DNA of 64,000 nt, from positions 8,251,464-8,315,463 of the forward strand of contig NC_081400.1 in NCBI RefSeq assembly GCF_030684315.1, given 5' to 3'. Both the position numbers and the translations under genes were made by a program. Source of the stretch: Stegostoma tigrinum (taxonomy: Eukaryota). The number at the start of each line of letters is the position of its first letter. The first letter of the stretch is position 1. Shown here one piece after another: positions 1 through 14,399 of this stretch. A model generated the notes under the pieces. The model had not been told where the DNA came from. It saw nothing but the letters and a program-made list of their open reading frames with translations, and did not search any database.

Positions 1-149
1 TATGTTGTCTTCAGAACAGAGAGGGTAGGGAGGGGCAAGAATGGTCCAAAAGGTAACAGCCCAGATAGTGCAAGGCTAGTTGGCGAAATGGATCTAACAG
101 TGGCTCACAAATAGTTTGTATAATTGTAAGCCTTTGACCACAGTGATTG

Positions 150-520
150 TTGTTCTGTCTGATTGAAGTCAATATATTATGAGAAGCTTTGAAAAGGTAA
201 ATCGCGTGAACATTTTCCCCGCGGCAGACATAAGTATGTCTGAAGGGCACATGTTTACGGTGAAGGGCAATTGATTCAGACGTGATCAGAAGAATTTATG
301 TTCCCCCAGAGTACAGGAGAAATATTGGAGGTGCGGCCTGACAGGGTGATGAAAGCAGGTACTCTCATAACATTTAAGAAGCATCTGGATGGGCATGTAA
401 AATGGCAGAGTATAGAAGGCTATGGACTAAGTTCAGATAAATGATATTTTTGTAGTTCAGTAATGTTGGTTGGCAGAAGCATGTTGGGCCAAAGAGCCTG
501 TATCTGTCATGTATAACTCT
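150..520 (+). mobile_element. CR1-type LINE 3' fragment, degenerate
   Basis: Matches the ORF2 C-terminus and 3' UTR pattern of other copies in the window (…acatttaagaagcatctggat…gggccaaagagcctgt…). Confidence 0.7.
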
Positions 521-1206
521 AAAATAATTGACAACGAGGTCCTCATTGAAGGGTTATGGAAGGTTTCCAAACATTGATCGAAGCCTGCTGTGTATTCAGA
601 GCTTTTTTTCTAGTTCTCGATTTGTAAACAGATTTTGACCTAATACCAACTGTTCCTTGTTTTTATACGTCTCGCAGATGGTCAATTGATATTATACTGA
701 TAAATCACTAGTTCTAGACTTCATTCAATGCTTCTTTAGTGAATAGGTTATTGCATTGCAACAGATATAGTTCCCTGCATCTACTTTGAGATTCAAAGCA
801 GGATGTATCACATCTGGCCTGTGACTTCAACAAGAAAAATATTAACTTGCTCAATATTCCCATATACCCCATTAGTTTCTGTCAATGTTCACATTGAATA
901 CACTATAGAAGGTAATGGAATGGAAAGAGTTAACTTAAACTGTTTGTTCAGTGACTGTAGTTAGTGTGAAGTTCCACAAAGTAATTGTGTCACCAGAGGA
1001 TTTGCGCTTGTATGAATAATTGGCAATGCTCAAAATATTATTCCACAATGAAAGGAGGAGAATAAACTCAACCATTGAAAAGGGCCAGAGCGTCCGAAAA
1101 GAAAGAAGAGATTGAAATGCGAGCGTGATAAAGAACAATATTTCAACAACGGGTCAAAGTCTGAGCATAACGCACGACACTGAAACAAACTCTGGGCGAA
1201 TTACAC

Positions 1207-1360
1207 ATGAATGTTACAAAAATGGACAGGAGCTTTTCCTATTGGTTGCACTATACCTCTGCAACTTATGATTGGATAAAATTAACTGATCGGATCTATT
1301 TCGTATTGAAGTTGATGCAAACGATTTATTATCCCATCCTCGCTATTGTTGGTATCCCAA
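1207..1360 (+). CDS. GPR139-like orphan class A GPCR, coding exon 1 (N-terminus and start of TM1)
   Basis: ATG at 1207 is the first in frame after TAA at 1168. Translates MNVTKMDRSFSYWLHYTSATYDWIKLTDRIYFVLKLMQTIYYPILAIVGIP, then a phase-1 donor A|GTAAGT at 1361. 'IYYPILAIVGIP' is the typical TM1 start of shark GPR139-like receptors. N-glycosylation sequon NVT at residue 2. Confidence 0.88.
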
Positions 1361-2949
1361 GTAAGTCTCTCTAGTGGCTATTAATTTTATCTGCAATGTA
1401 ATGTCTACCTGCTATACCGCAATGGAAATTTTCACTGAGATTATTCTAGTTTATGATGAGTCGTTGAACTTTCCAGTAGCCATTAAAAAAGCTATATTTT
1501 CATTTGCATGTATTTTGTGCCCTTTATAAGACTTTGAACGTAGCATTTGTTTGTAAAACTAGATGAGTTTTAAAAGTCTCTGCCTGTTTTTGTACTGACA
1601 GTGCGAAAATTTATTGTTAATTTTCCTCCTGAAAAAACTACTCCTTCCAACTAATTCCCATCCCAGCCGCTGAAAATGTCGGGGACTGAGACAAATCGCA
1701 TTCAATCCTTAAACCTTTTCAGTCTTGATCTCACTTGGAACCTCATATCTCCTTTCCCTTTAATCCCATTTCTGAGAAATATCTTATTTTCAATATTTGT
1801 AATCATTAGTTTGCCTCTCGCTTCCCCAGTTATTCTCAATGCCCTGTCCATTTCTTGCAATGCACCATTTGTTTTGCTTTAAGTATTTAACGTTAATACC
1901 TTTCCCATCATTTTTCCCCCCGGCAGGGATTCGGGGATCTGTGGAACTACCATAATGAACTCAACATACAGCATATTACGTGTGAACTCTGATAGCCACT
2001 ACAGACATTGTCTGCACATCCATATGGGGCCGGATGTTGCAGCAGCCTGCATGGGCTTTTGCAAGCTGCTTATGAACTTATTGTCTGATAGCCTGTCTTA
2101 CATGCAGGTGACCATAGATTTAGCAACACTAAGTGACATGTTGTTACTTTAAAGGGCTTGCAGTTTGCAGTTAAAGAGACTTTGATTCGCTTTTGCTGCT
2201 ATCAAGCCAGTGTGGTCCTGCGGTTGTGTTTTCTGAGGTTTATGAAAGAATCTGCTACCTATTTTGAAGGAGATCAGATGATTTACTGAAGTATTTCTGG
2301 TGGATGTTTGGAAATTCTTGTCACAGTTCAGATGACCAAAATAACAAAACAGCTGTTGTCGAAAAGGGATGGATTGTAACGGTGGCAATTGTGTGCTCTA
2401 TCTTTCAAGGCGGAGTTTTAAGAACGCACTTTTCTGATCAACACAGAATTGATGAACATTTGGTGCATTAATTTCTGACTTGCAGAGAGAAAAAAAACAT
2501 ATAATTAAGATCCTGAAATTTTGCATTGCGACATTGGAAATTCAATGGGAATTCATGGTGGATGAAGTGAAGTATGCTGCATTATAGTTACATGGAACTG
2601 ATTTTTAATTAAAGTGTGCGAGAATTACGTTTACATTTAGTTTGCAAAAGGAAAAGAAAACTGCTTACTTCATAATGCATTGTAGGTTTTATTTATAACG
2701 TAAGATAGCAAAAGTAGAAAAATACCATAAAATAACTAGGTAAACAATATGCACGTCTGGTGATTGTAACAAGGTCAGCCAGTTGGATCACATAGAATAT
2801 GGTTTCCTGATTGGCTCCGTTAATCAAGTTCAATCAGGTGGTCCATTTGCCAGAAAAGTAGGAATGTCAGATACCCTGTTCTCTCTCAGAGCTGAGTCTC
2901 AGGGAGCTGGGTCTGTGTCGAAGATTCTCCACCTGTAAATAAAGGATGA

Positions 2950-5105
2950 TTATAACGATCTTAGATTTAACATTGTTATGGAAAAAGATCGGACAGGTCC
3001 ACAGTTTAAGATGCTGAACTGGAGCGGGGCCATTAGGCAGGATCTAGCAGAGATCATTTGGGTGAGTTTACATGAAGGAAAAGGGATGTCTGGCAATGGG
3101 GGGCAAGTGTGTCCCTGATAGGGTGAAGGGAAAAACAAGCAGATTTAGTTATCCATGGCTGATGAAGGATATTGTGGCTCTGGTCGGGAAAAACGAAGAC
3201 GGCATGCATTGGTTTTAAGCTCTTGGGCTCAAGTGAATCCAGAAATGACTGTAAAAAGTGTAGGAGCACACTTAACAGGTAAATCAGAAAAGCAAAAAGA
3301 GGGCATGAGACAGATGTGGCAGATAATGTTAAAGATTATCCCAAGAGGTCTATTGCTATATTAAAAGCAGAAGGGTGGCTAGAGAGAGATTAGTCCTCCT
3401 TAAAGATCTGCCTGGCTGTCTATGTGGAACCACAGGAAAAGGGGAGATTTTTTAATGAATATTTCTTCTCAGTGTTTACTGAGGAGACAATCGTGGATGC
3501 TAAGGAAATAAGAGAAATATTTGGAGATGTTTTGGATGGCATATATATTGCCAGAGAGGTGTTTGCTGCCTTAGATTACATTAAGGTGGATAAATCCCCT
3601 GGGCTTGACCAAGTCTTTCCTCAGACATTGTAGAATGCTCAGGAAGAAACTGCAAAAGCCCATGCAGAGATTTCTGCTTCACTTTTAGCCATCAGTGAAA
3701 TTCTGGAAGACTGGATGGTGGCTAATGTTGTCCCTTTTCTGAGAAAAGTAGCAAAGACAAGACAGGGAACTACAGACCAGTGAACCTGGCATCAATAGTA
3801 GGCAAGTTATTGGAAAGGATATTGAGTGACAGGATCAATGAACATTTCAATAGCCAAGGTCTGATGACAGATAGTCAGCATGTATTTGTGTGTGGGAAGT
3901 TATGTATGACAAATCATTCAGTGCTTTTCAAGGTTGGTAACCAGGAGTAAACATGAGGGTAGGGCAGTGGATGTTGTCTACATGGGCTTTAGTAGGGCAT
4001 TTGACAAAATCCCACATGTCAGGTGAGTCCTGAATGTTAGATAACACGGGATCTATGGAGAGCTAGCTAATCATGTTTAAAAGTGGCTGGATGGTAGGAA
4101 TGGAGAGGGTGAAGTTTGAAAGTTGTTTATTGGACTGAACGCCTATGGTATGCTACATGGATAGGTGCTGGGATGCTTGTTACTTGTTATTTACATAAAT
4201 GATCTAGATGTGAATGTACAAAACATAATTAGTAAGGTTACAGATGAAACAAAATTATGAGGTGTCATGAACAGCGAGGAAGGTGATCAAAAATTACGGA
4301 GAGATCTGAATCAGATGGGAAAGTGGGGTGAAGATTAGCAAATCCAATTCAATACAGATAAGGGTGATGTGTTGCACATGGGAATGTCAAACAAAAGTAG
4401 AACTTATGCAGTAAATGGTAAGGTCCTGAGAAGTATTGTGCAACAAAGAGACCTAGGGGTACAAGCACATAGTTTGTTGAAAGCAGCATGACAGTATACC
4501 GATTGGTAAAGAAGAAATTTTGCATGAGGCCTTCATCAGTTGAGACATTGAGTGTAGGAGTTTGAACGTTGTGGTACAATTGTATTGGTAAGGTCTCAGA
4601 TACGTATTGTGCACAGTTTTGGGCATCCTTTTTATAAGAAAGACACAGTTAAACTGAAAAGTGTTCAAAGAACACTTATGAGGATTTTGCCAGGACAAGG
4701 TTGACCAAAATAGGGGTTTATTCCTTGGAATGTAGGAGAAGGAGGGGGGTTCTTACTGAAGTGTATAATGTCATTGGGGGGGGGGGGCAGAGGTAGGATG
4801 AATGTATATAGCCTTTTCTTTTCCCAGCGATGGGGAATTGGAAACTACAGGGCATGGGTTAAAGTTAAGAGAGGGAAGATTTAATAAGGACCTGTTTGGT
4901 AATTTCTTCACACAGAGAGTTTTGCATAAATGGAATGTGTTGCCAGAGAAAGTGGTTGGTGCAGATACAATGGCATTTGGTTAGGTACCTAGCTGGGAAG
5001 TGTTGGGAGGGATATGGACCAACTGCATGCAATTGGAACTAGCTGAGCGAGCACCATTGTCGGCATGGACTGGTTTGGGCAGTATTACTTTATGATTCTA
5101 TGATT
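2950..5105 (+). mobile_element. CR1-type LINE, degenerate RT ORF2 and 3' tail (GPCR intron)
   Basis: Fragments FNEYFFSVFTEE, KVDKSPGLD, NYRPVNL, GHGLKLREGRF, FFTQRV; ends in tatgattctatgatt. Confidence 0.9.
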
Positions 5106-6714
5106 TGTTGATGGGTTGATGTCGTCTGTGGAGTTACTTTACATGTATGTTATAAACAGTCAGACAATAGGACGAGAGAGACAGGACACTTCTCAAATAT
5201 TTGTAGCAACTTAGGATGTGTGAACGACCTGGAAAAAGAAATCAAAGCTGGAAAGTTGTGATTGCCTGTGGGGTCATACAGTTTGACAGGGATACGAACA
5301 ATGATTTCTGCGTTCCTCTGCATTCAAGTGGTGCCCATTGAAGCAAAGTGCACTAAACTGCTGTTAATATTTTTGTGGAGAGGAGAGATTTCCCTAAATG
5401 GTTTACAAAATAAAAACCAGAATGCTCAGGATAATAGCATGTACAACAAAATTTGAACTAGTGTATGGCCTGAAAGTTGACCAAAAAGAGAATAAAGTGA
5501 TGTTTCAATTAATGGTGTAGCATTTGAAAACAGATTGGTCACGGAATAAACCAGGCAGTCATACACTGTGGTTAATTATAATTCAATTTCATATTAAGGA
5601 AGTTGACAAGGGAACACGACATGAGAAATAATGAGAAAAACATTCTCAGCTATGAATGCCACCCGTTTTGTCAAGGGGAATGGCCAAATGCAATAAATAC
5701 ATGAATTCAGTTGTCGACTGTAAAGAGGCAATCAACGAGAAGGTGCTGTTGGTGATCAGGATAAATGAGAGGCAACATTAAAAACAGTTTCAAAGTTGAT
5801 CATTGAAAAGACGAAGACACCATTCAGTCCAGCTGATATTAGGATGGGGAAACATTTGTTTCCAGTCCTATTGCCAGTGCTGAGTGAGTTGAATCTATTC
5901 TTTATCATTTTAAAATGCTTTCTCAAACAGGGCAGTCACATTTCAAGGTTTGTATGTGTGTTCATTTCTGGTCTGACTGTTCTCGCAACCACCTGAAAAT
6001 GGAAACACTTGCATTGCCTGTGTTTTCTATAAACATGTGCCATATGCTGCACACTTACATTAAGTTGTTCTGAAAGTTGTGTGCACATACCATTGGAAAC
6101 TGATCAACTTGGGGTTGAATACTTTCTGTCCTCTATTTATTAACAATTCTGAATTTCATGCAATGGGTTATTTTTAAAACAACATCGCCTCTTTAGCTGA
6201 TGCATATATGATAGTTTCACGATTGAAGTAGTGCAAAGAAAAATGGTTCAGTCTACAAGAAAATGTTGTATTTCAATGAACTTGTGGCTGATCTGTTGAT
6301 TCTTGGAACTCCACATTCACATCTAATCCCAATGACCCTTTGTTCACTACTAACAAAAATCTTTTCAAATCTGTGTTATAAACATTCAATCGCCTCATGC
6401 TTACAGCCCTCTGAGCTGCACAGTAAGTTGTACAAACTTGTGATAGAGAAAAAAAATATGAACGGTCTTCATCCTTGAATTGAAAGATTAGTCACTCAAC
6501 TTGAAGGAGTGTCACCACTGCCACTGCTATAAGAGGAAATGTCAGATCTATACGAAACATGCCAAGACAATTTACAAACCTTTCCAATTCAATTAATTTC
6601 ACTTCCCTCTTCTAAGTACAGTGGAAACAAGTCAAACCTGTGTCACCTATTCTTACAGGGAAAACAACCCTTGTTCTTATCAAACTTGTCAATCTCCTCA
6701 GAACACCTCCAATG

Positions 6715-7069
6715 GGATTGGACAATCTGGAGGCAGGAAGCATGTTTCCGTTGATGAGGGAGTCCAGAACCAGAGGACACAGTTTAAAAATAAGATGTAG
6801 GCCATTTAGAACAGAGTTGAGGAGAAACTTCTTCACCCAGAGAGTGGTGGATATATGGAATGCTCTGCCCCAGAAGGCAGTGGAGGCCAAGTCTCCGAAT
6901 AATTTCAAGAAAGAGCTAGATAGAGCTCTTAAAGATAGTGGAATCAAGGGTTATGGGGATAAGGCAGGAACAGGATACTGATTGTGGATGATCAGCCATG
7001 ATCATAATGAATGGTGGTGCTGGCCTGAAGGGCTGAATGGCCTACTCCTGCACCTATTGTCTATTGTCT
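6715..7069 (+). mobile_element. Young 5'-truncated CR1-type LINE inserted in an older antisense CR1 remnant
   Basis: Open ORF2 end RTRGHSLKIR…RRNFFTQRVVDIWNALPQKAVEA…GYG, (ctattgt)n tail, AATG on both sides. Confidence 0.88.
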
Positions 7070-8169
7070 AATGTATTTACATCATTGTAAAAGCAAGTGA
7101 TTCATTGTTGCAGATGTGGCACCAAAAATCAGCATTATACCTGAAATTTAACAGCCTTACATTTCTGTGTATTTCCTCCCATAATATACCAGAACATTCA
7201 ACTATTATTCTTGATTCCATGCTACACCTGCATAGCAGATTTTCTCTGACTAAACCAGTGGAAGATCTAAATTTGTCTGAAGCTCAGAATTCTTCGTCTT
7301 CCCCATTTAAGTAATATACTGACATTTCACTCTCGCAAATACCAAAATTGATTTACTGTAACCTTTCACAGTATTCTCTGTTTTGTTTCATGTTAATCTG
7401 GCATCTCAGTCAGTCTCATTATTTCACTAGTGCAATGTCTTCCACCTTTTATGCGTGAGGTACCTTTTCAAAATTCATTAGGAAACCAGAGAATATCACA
7501 AAAGCAATGGCAGAAATAAAATGACAATATGTATCACGACACTAGTTTGAAATTCTCATATGGTACATCGAATCTGTTGGCTTTCTCAAAGCTCATTCCA
7601 GTAAGTAAAAAAAAGCCTCACACCTTCTGTGTATCCTTAAATTTAGTCCTCTTCTTTCCTCTCTGAGAATGTTTGTGCTTGTATGCCATATGTGGCAGGC
7701 TTCATTTATCTGTTCCATCTTTTCTGTTCTGCCACAAGTCTGATCCGCCCTCCACCTGTACTTGAGGGTGAATTGGGAGAGTATGAGTTTCTGTCGAAGA
7801 AAGATCCCGAGAGGTGATTAGGTGAGTTAAGGTCCCAGTAAGAATGGTTTTATTTTTATTAGATATTTTACTGTCCAAGGGAAATGATGAATCAGAGCCT
7901 AAGAGTTGGTGCTCACCTTCTGGAAACAGCAATCAGTGACATGAATCTTTCAGAATTCACTTAAAAACAGTGTTGAGTTTGAACATGAGAGTATGGAGAG
8001 AAAGATGTGTATAGCGTAATATGGTAAGAAAGGAAACAGAGAGACTGATATAGCAGTTGATATACAAATAGATCACAATGAAAAAAAAATCAACAAGTTA
8101 TGAGACCGAAGCAGGGGCCAAAATGGAGAAAAAATAATGGCTATCTGTGAATATTGTGTTGGTAGAGTC

Positions 8170-8700
8170 ATTGATATCAACAGCACACAAAATACCCTTC
8201 CAACAATTGAGTCTGAACCTGTAAAAACAATCACCTATTTGTTATGATCTGATTTTGCAGTGATGGCCAGTCCCCTTGCATGCCTTGGTTTCATAATTTG
8301 ACATCTAAATACTTCTGAAATATTATTCAGGCTTCTACTTCTACCACCTTAACACACAGTGAGTTGAAAAGTCCCACCAAGCTAGAATTATTTTTGTTTC
8401 GTCATCCCTACTATGAAACTTCTGAATTTTACAGTACATCTATGACCATTGGTCATTTATCCTTTCAGCAACAGGATAGATTTTTTTTGTTCACCCTCAT
8501 AATTTTATGCCTCTTCGCCCCAAGTCAGTCGTACCTGCTAGAAGGAAGACACCCCCAGTCAATCCAGTTTCCATTCAGAACTAAGATTCTCCAGCATGGA
8601 CAATATCCTTGTAAATCTCTACTTTCTTATGCACTTGCATCCCTCCTATGATGTGGATTCCAGAACTGCACACAATGCTCTACCTGTGCTTGAAATGACG
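8170..8700 (-). mobile_element. CR1-type LINE 3' fragment, degenerate
   Basis: Reverse complement of the CR1 ORF2 C-terminus (…ccagaactgcacacaatgctc…). Confidence 0.6.
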
Positions 8701-9154
8701 GAAATCCTCCAATTTAACAGTACCTGATTCAGTAGATGAGCAAGGTGTAAATTGACAAAAATGCACATAATGTTGGGAACTTGATTTCATGGCTCATAGA
8801 CTAATGGTTTCCTGCTTCTTCAACAGGAAACGTGGGATCTGTCTTTCATGAGTGAACAATGTCATTATCATTCTTGATTGGAGGTAGATTGTTGGCTGTC
8901 CCAACACTGAGCTGTCTGCATTCTTGCAGGCTCAGACATCCTGAATCAGAAGTGCAACAGAGAATATCCCCCTGATAAATTCGCCATTGGAACTGGCGCC
9001 GATGATGCACCATTGTCAGCTGTAGGGCCTGTAATCTGTTCTGATTGATCCTCTCATGCCATTGAGATCCCATCATCCATCTCCATCCACACTCATGTCT
9101 AACCTGTTTGGCACATAGAGGCCTAGTTGTGTGTCACAACAAATGTTTTCAGTA

Positions 9155-9276
9155 GATAACAAGGTGTAGAGCTGGATGAACACTGCTCCTCTGATGCTGG
9201 TTGGCCTACCGTGTTCATCCAGCTCTACACCTTGTTACCTCGGATACTCCAGCATCTGCAGTTCCTATTATCTCTT
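9155..9276. mobile_element. Penelope-derived mini-element with internal hairpin and 12-bp TSD
   Basis: TSD ATGTTTTCAGTA at 9143-9154 and 9277-9288; perfect 26-bp inverted arms at 9158-9183 and 9211-9236; sequence shared with the termini of the 36.7-kb Penelope. Confidence 0.85.
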
Positions 9277-10069
9277 ATGTTTTCAGTAACCTGTGTTAGT
9301 TAACGTCAGGCATTATGAATTATTTTCGGTTGACTAGGCTGCTCAAGCAGAATTTCCACTGCAGCCCATTCATGTTCTTCTGAGGTTGTCTGCTCCTCCA
9401 CTTGCCTTTGAAGACTCAACAGATTTAGCTGCACGTGCTGTGGACTGGATTCCCCATTTAGCGTCTACAAGCACGTGTAGCCCATCTGACTCTGACACAA
9501 AGTAAGACATGCTTTGTTATGTTCCTGTAAAAACCATTACTATAGCCCTCCTGCCACATAAACCCATTTACATAAAGAGAAACATTTCAACGTTTTGAGA
9601 CTTTTCTATCGGAGTGACATGACAGCTGAATAGTTTATTGTCCATTCACTATTGCAATATCCTAAACACATAGGTTCATATTGTGGACTTCTTCCCAGAA
9701 TCTGGAGTTTTAATATCCCTCTCTTTCATGAACAATTGTTAGTAGATTAGCAGCAGCAATTGGTTCAGGCAGTTGACGTTTTATTCCTTCATTTTGTGAC
9801 ATCACGGTATGACTTCTTATTAATTGCCAAAGATTTGGAAGAATCAGAACAGAAATTCCTATGTGTATTCTGTGAATGTCTGTTTGCATCTTGCCTGCTT
9901 TCATGACTTTCGTCTGCTATTTCATCCATTCAGTCACAAAGTGGAACAAAAACTGACGTTTCCAATTCAGTATTTAATATTTTACTGACAGTTGTGACAG
10001 ACTTTTGTCTTTGTTATAAACATATCCAGTGAGTCGTAGCACTTTGGGCCACAACAAGTCAGACATCTT

Positions 10070-11570
10070 TGCATCCTTTCTGCCGCAGTGAGGTCCCAAA
10101 GGACTGGAGAACAGCTAGTGTTGTTCCATTGTTTGAAGCGGTAAAAGGGTATCCAGGAAATTACAAGCCTGTGAGCCTCACATCAGGCATCAGGAAATTA
10201 TTTGAAAAGATTCTCAGTGACAATATCTATATGCATGAAGAAGGAAACAGATTGATTAGTTGAATACAACATGGTTTTGTGCAGAGGACATCGTGCCTCA
10301 CTAACTTGTTTGAGAATTTTCAGGACGGGAAAAAGAAGACTGATCGGGAAAAGAAGTTGATATTGTCTATTTGGACTTCAGTGAGGCCTTTGCAAAGGCC
10401 TCTCATGGTAGACAGGTACAAAAAAGTGAAGTGACATCCTATTGGCTTGAGTTGTCAAGACGGATATGCAACTGGCTTATGCATAGCAGACAGAGGGTAG
10501 CGGTGGAAGAAAAGTTTTTTTTTGGAATTGACGGTTGTGACTAGTGGTGTTCCACAGGGATCAGTACTGGGACCTCTGCTGTTTGTGGCCTATATAAATG
10601 ATTTTGCGGGAAACACAGCTGGTCTAATTACTAATGTTGTGCATTATACAGAGAATGGTGTATAGGCAGATAGTGAAGAGGATTGTCAAAGGACACATGA
10701 GGATATAGAACAGTTGGAGGGGCATGGACAGATAAAAGGCAAATACTGTTTAATCTGGGCAAATGTGAGGTGATGCATTTTGAAGGTGAGGTACATGTGG
10801 AAATTATACGGTGAATGGCAGAACGCTTCAGATTTTTGTTATGCACAGAGATCTGGGTGTGCAGATCAACAGATAACTGAAGTTGACAGCGCAGGTGGAT
10901 AAGTTGTTAAAACGAAATCCTATGGCATGATTGCCTTCATTGGATGAGCAATTGAGTATAAGGATAGACAGGTTTTGCTGCAGTTTTATAGAACTTTAGT
11001 TGGGCCAGAGTTGGAATATTGTTTACAGTCTGGTTACCATGCGACCACAAGAATTTGGCTGTTTTGGAGAAGGTACAGAAAAGATTTACTAGAATGTTGC
11101 CTGGCATGGGGGATTTTAGCTTTGAAGAATATTCAGATTGTCTGCTCTTTTTTCACTGGAAACCAGGAGGTTGAGAGGCAACGTGATAGAAGTTTATCAG
11201 ATTGTGACTGGCATAGAGAGAGTTTAAAGCATGAGACTCCTTCCCAGGACAGAGTGGTCAAATGCTAGAATCACAGGTTTGAGGTGCAAGAGAGGAATGT
11301 TAGAAAAGATTTGCAAGTCACCTTTTTCTCACAAAGGGCATTGTGTGCCTGGAAAGCGCTGCCAGAGGAGATGGTGAAAGTAAACGCAACAGCAGCATTC
11401 AAGAAGCAACCAGGATGAATGAATACATGAACAGGAAGGGAATAGAGAGATACAGAATTCTGTAGGCGAAGACTACAAAAGTATGAAATGGAATTATATG
11501 TAGGCACAGTCTTAGAAAGCAGAAAAGTCCATTCCTGTATTGTATTGTTCTTTGGTCTCTTTGTTCTTAA
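10070..11570 (+). mobile_element. CR1-type LINE, degenerate RT and 3' end
   Basis: EVPKDWRTASVVPLF, PGNYKPVSLTS, SGVPQGSVLGP-like DNA, LYRTLV.P.LEYC-type segment, (ttctt/tgttc) tail. Confidence 0.9.
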
Positions 11571-12301
11571 CCAACAAGTTGATGTCACATTTAATCTTTT
11601 CGTGGCTTCCAGACTCACAATCAGTCTATCACTAAAATCATCTCAATCTATTGTTGCAACATTCACTACTCATCACATATCACAACTGAACTTCTATTTA
11701 ATCCTTCATTCTCACTTTTGTTTTACCTCTAAACTTGCATATTCAAGCACATTCCGAGCTGGTATGAGATAATCTATCCCTGTATGCTTCATGTGATCGT
11801 GAGCTCTTCCAATTGTGCCTCTATGTAGTATATTTCAGCTATTTCGTTCAAATCACATATTACTTCAACTCATGTGTTATACTACAGCTGAATTTCAAAG
11901 AGCTCATTCCTCTTTTCAAATGACCTCATGGGTTAGTGCTTCTGCTTGATTTCTGCCCCTTCCTGTGAGGAATTTTGGCCTATTAAGCCTATTTTAATAC
12001 AATAACAGCACAATATAAGTATTTCCTGTGCCTTCTTTTATTAGAGGACTCAGACTTTTTACAATAAATTGCACAGTGAAGAACACAGTTAAATTTTCAG
12101 TTCAGAGATCTTCCATCAGCATTTCAAGTGCCTGGGATCTCTCCTTACATCAAATTATCATCAACCTTGCTGTCTGTTATTTGAGCTACAATGATTCAAT
12201 ACTTTATAAGATATAATAATGTAACTATAAATCTAAATCTGTTAACATTTTCAAATTTTAATCCATAGTTTGCTTGTATTTTTCTTTTTCCTTCCTCCCA
12301 G

Positions 12302-13206
12302 TTAATATATTGACGATTATGATTCTATCTCGGGAACGTTGCGGTCTCTCCAAATGTGTGACTCGATATTTGGTCGCCATGGCACTGGCAGATTTATTGG
12401 TCATTATCTTTGATCTGATATTAAGACACATTCCTATTGCTTATAAGGAACATTTCATTTTTGTGCAATCTATCCATGTATGTAATATCCACGCTGTTCT
12501 ACTTTATGCAGCCACTGACTGTTCAGTCTGGTTCACCGTCACATTTACCTTTGATCGCTTTGTGGCAATTTGTTGGGGGAATCTGAAAAATAAATATTGT
12601 ACAGAGAGAACTGCAGCAAAGGTTCTGGCTGCATTGACTGTATTGATCTCTTTGAAGAATGTGTTCTGGTATTTTATGTTAACAGGTCAGTATTGGTTGT
12701 GGAACGATCCTTGGTTTTGCAAAGTGACTCCGGATGTTCAGATGTCTCATACCTGGGGATTAATTGAGTTGCTGCATCACTTTATAACCCCAGTTGTCCC
12801 ATTTGTCTTAATTCTGCTGCTAAATGCACTAACCATCAGACACATTTTCATGCAGAACAAAACTCGGAGGAGACTCATGGCTCATAAAAGAGCTGTCAGT
12901 GACAGAGACCCGGCAATGGAAATGCGACGAAAATATATATTTCTGCTGTTTTTTCTATCAGGAAATTTCATCCTGTTATGGGCAGTGTTTATGGTATTTT
13001 CTATATGGAGGCGTATGTGGGATTTGGGTCAATCTTCTGTATGGATAGAATTTTTTGTGCTGGAGTTAGCTTTCATGTTGCAGCTCCTAAGTTGTTGCAC
13101 AAATACAATGATATATGTTGTAACACAAAAGAAATTTAGAAAACAGTTGAAGCATGTTATTACATATCCTTTTACTCCCATATTACAAATCACTCAGTGT
13201 CTGTAA
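12302..13206 (+). CDS. GPR139-like orphan class A GPCR, coding exon 2 (TM1-TM7, C-terminus)
   Basis: Pyrimidine tract TTTTTCTTTTTCCTTCCTCCCAG ends at 12301; the phase-1 join gives ...VGIP-I-NILTIMILSRERCGLSKCVTRYLVAMALADLL. Motifs: TFDRFVAIC (DRY variant), ECL2 PWFC, TM7 CCTNTMIY (NPxxY variant), helix 8 QKKFR. Spliced CDS 1059 nt = 352 aa, no disablements. Confidence 0.93.
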
Positions 13207-14399
13207 AACTGAATCACTACATCTCATCTTTGTATCTTCAGTTATATTTATGTTTTGGGAAGATATCATTCTCAATAATTACAAGTCTAGCTGTAGCCAA
13301 TTCATTAAATTTACACAGAACTGGAGTACTCTATTTGTTGAGGACACCGATACTGCAGGACAAGAAATTTCCACATGTCTATCATCATGCACATCATGAT
13401 CACATTTGCATGATGATAGACATGTGGAGGTTTTGAATGTGTTTCATTGAAATGGCCATTGGAAAGGTGAACATCTCATCTGCATGATGATAAGTTCGTT
13501 CAGTTGCAGCCTATTTTTATAATGGCTTGTGCGTGAATTTCACTTATTTGATTGTAGTACGATAGAAGCAGACCGTTATCAATTACTCCTTGAAGAAATG
13601 AATAAGTTCGAAGCATATTTTGCATCATAAAAGAGAGGAAGGTGATGGAATGTTAACCGTTTTGACTGGCAGTGGTGTTACCTATCAACATTGTGAGGAA
13701 GGAATAGGGATTTTACGTTTGACATGGTGGGTCCTTCCTGTTTTAAACTGCTTGAAATTTGGTCAGGAGTGTATGGGGCAGAGGAGAGGGTTCCCAAGGG
13801 TAAAGGCGGAGTGTGGAGCAGAGTTGGTCTCCATGTAATGGGTGTTGAGTCTGGTTTTAATAGTCGACTATAAGAAGAAAACTGAGGTGGGTATGTGCCA
13901 CTTGCTGATGTGATGATTATAGTCAGTGTCATCAAAATGGTTATAGGGGATTGGGGCTACAGTCACTATTATGCCAAGTCACTGTAGGAATTGATCCAGT
14001 ATTGACCTTGGAGTGAGAACTTAACTACTTAGCATCGCCCACGTGGGCAAGTGTACACAATGCTGAGTGAAATTTGTGGCGACTTTCATGACACCATGAT
14101 GGGAAGGAATTAATAGTGATTGAAATGTTCTCAAAGTTTTTTTGTGAGTGTTTTTCTTTAATATGATTGCATGTGTTGGTTATTAGAACCTTCTCCAGTC
14201 ATGTTGAGAATATACGTGAGTGCCGTTGTTCACTACAATTATGACTCATTATGATGAATCATGATCAGAATAAAATTTTATATGAAATTTACTCTTCACT
14301 TACTCTTCAGCTCTGCCTTAATTATGTATCTCCTTTTTCTAAATTATTAATCTTTGATCCTAGTTGTAGTAGTTGCTGAATCTCCAAACAACAGGGAAC

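Noticed and set aside
12274-12301. ORF-track start of the GPCR (MYFSFSFLP)
   Set aside because: A TTG inside the polypyrimidine tract; the true N-terminus is in exon 1 at 1207.
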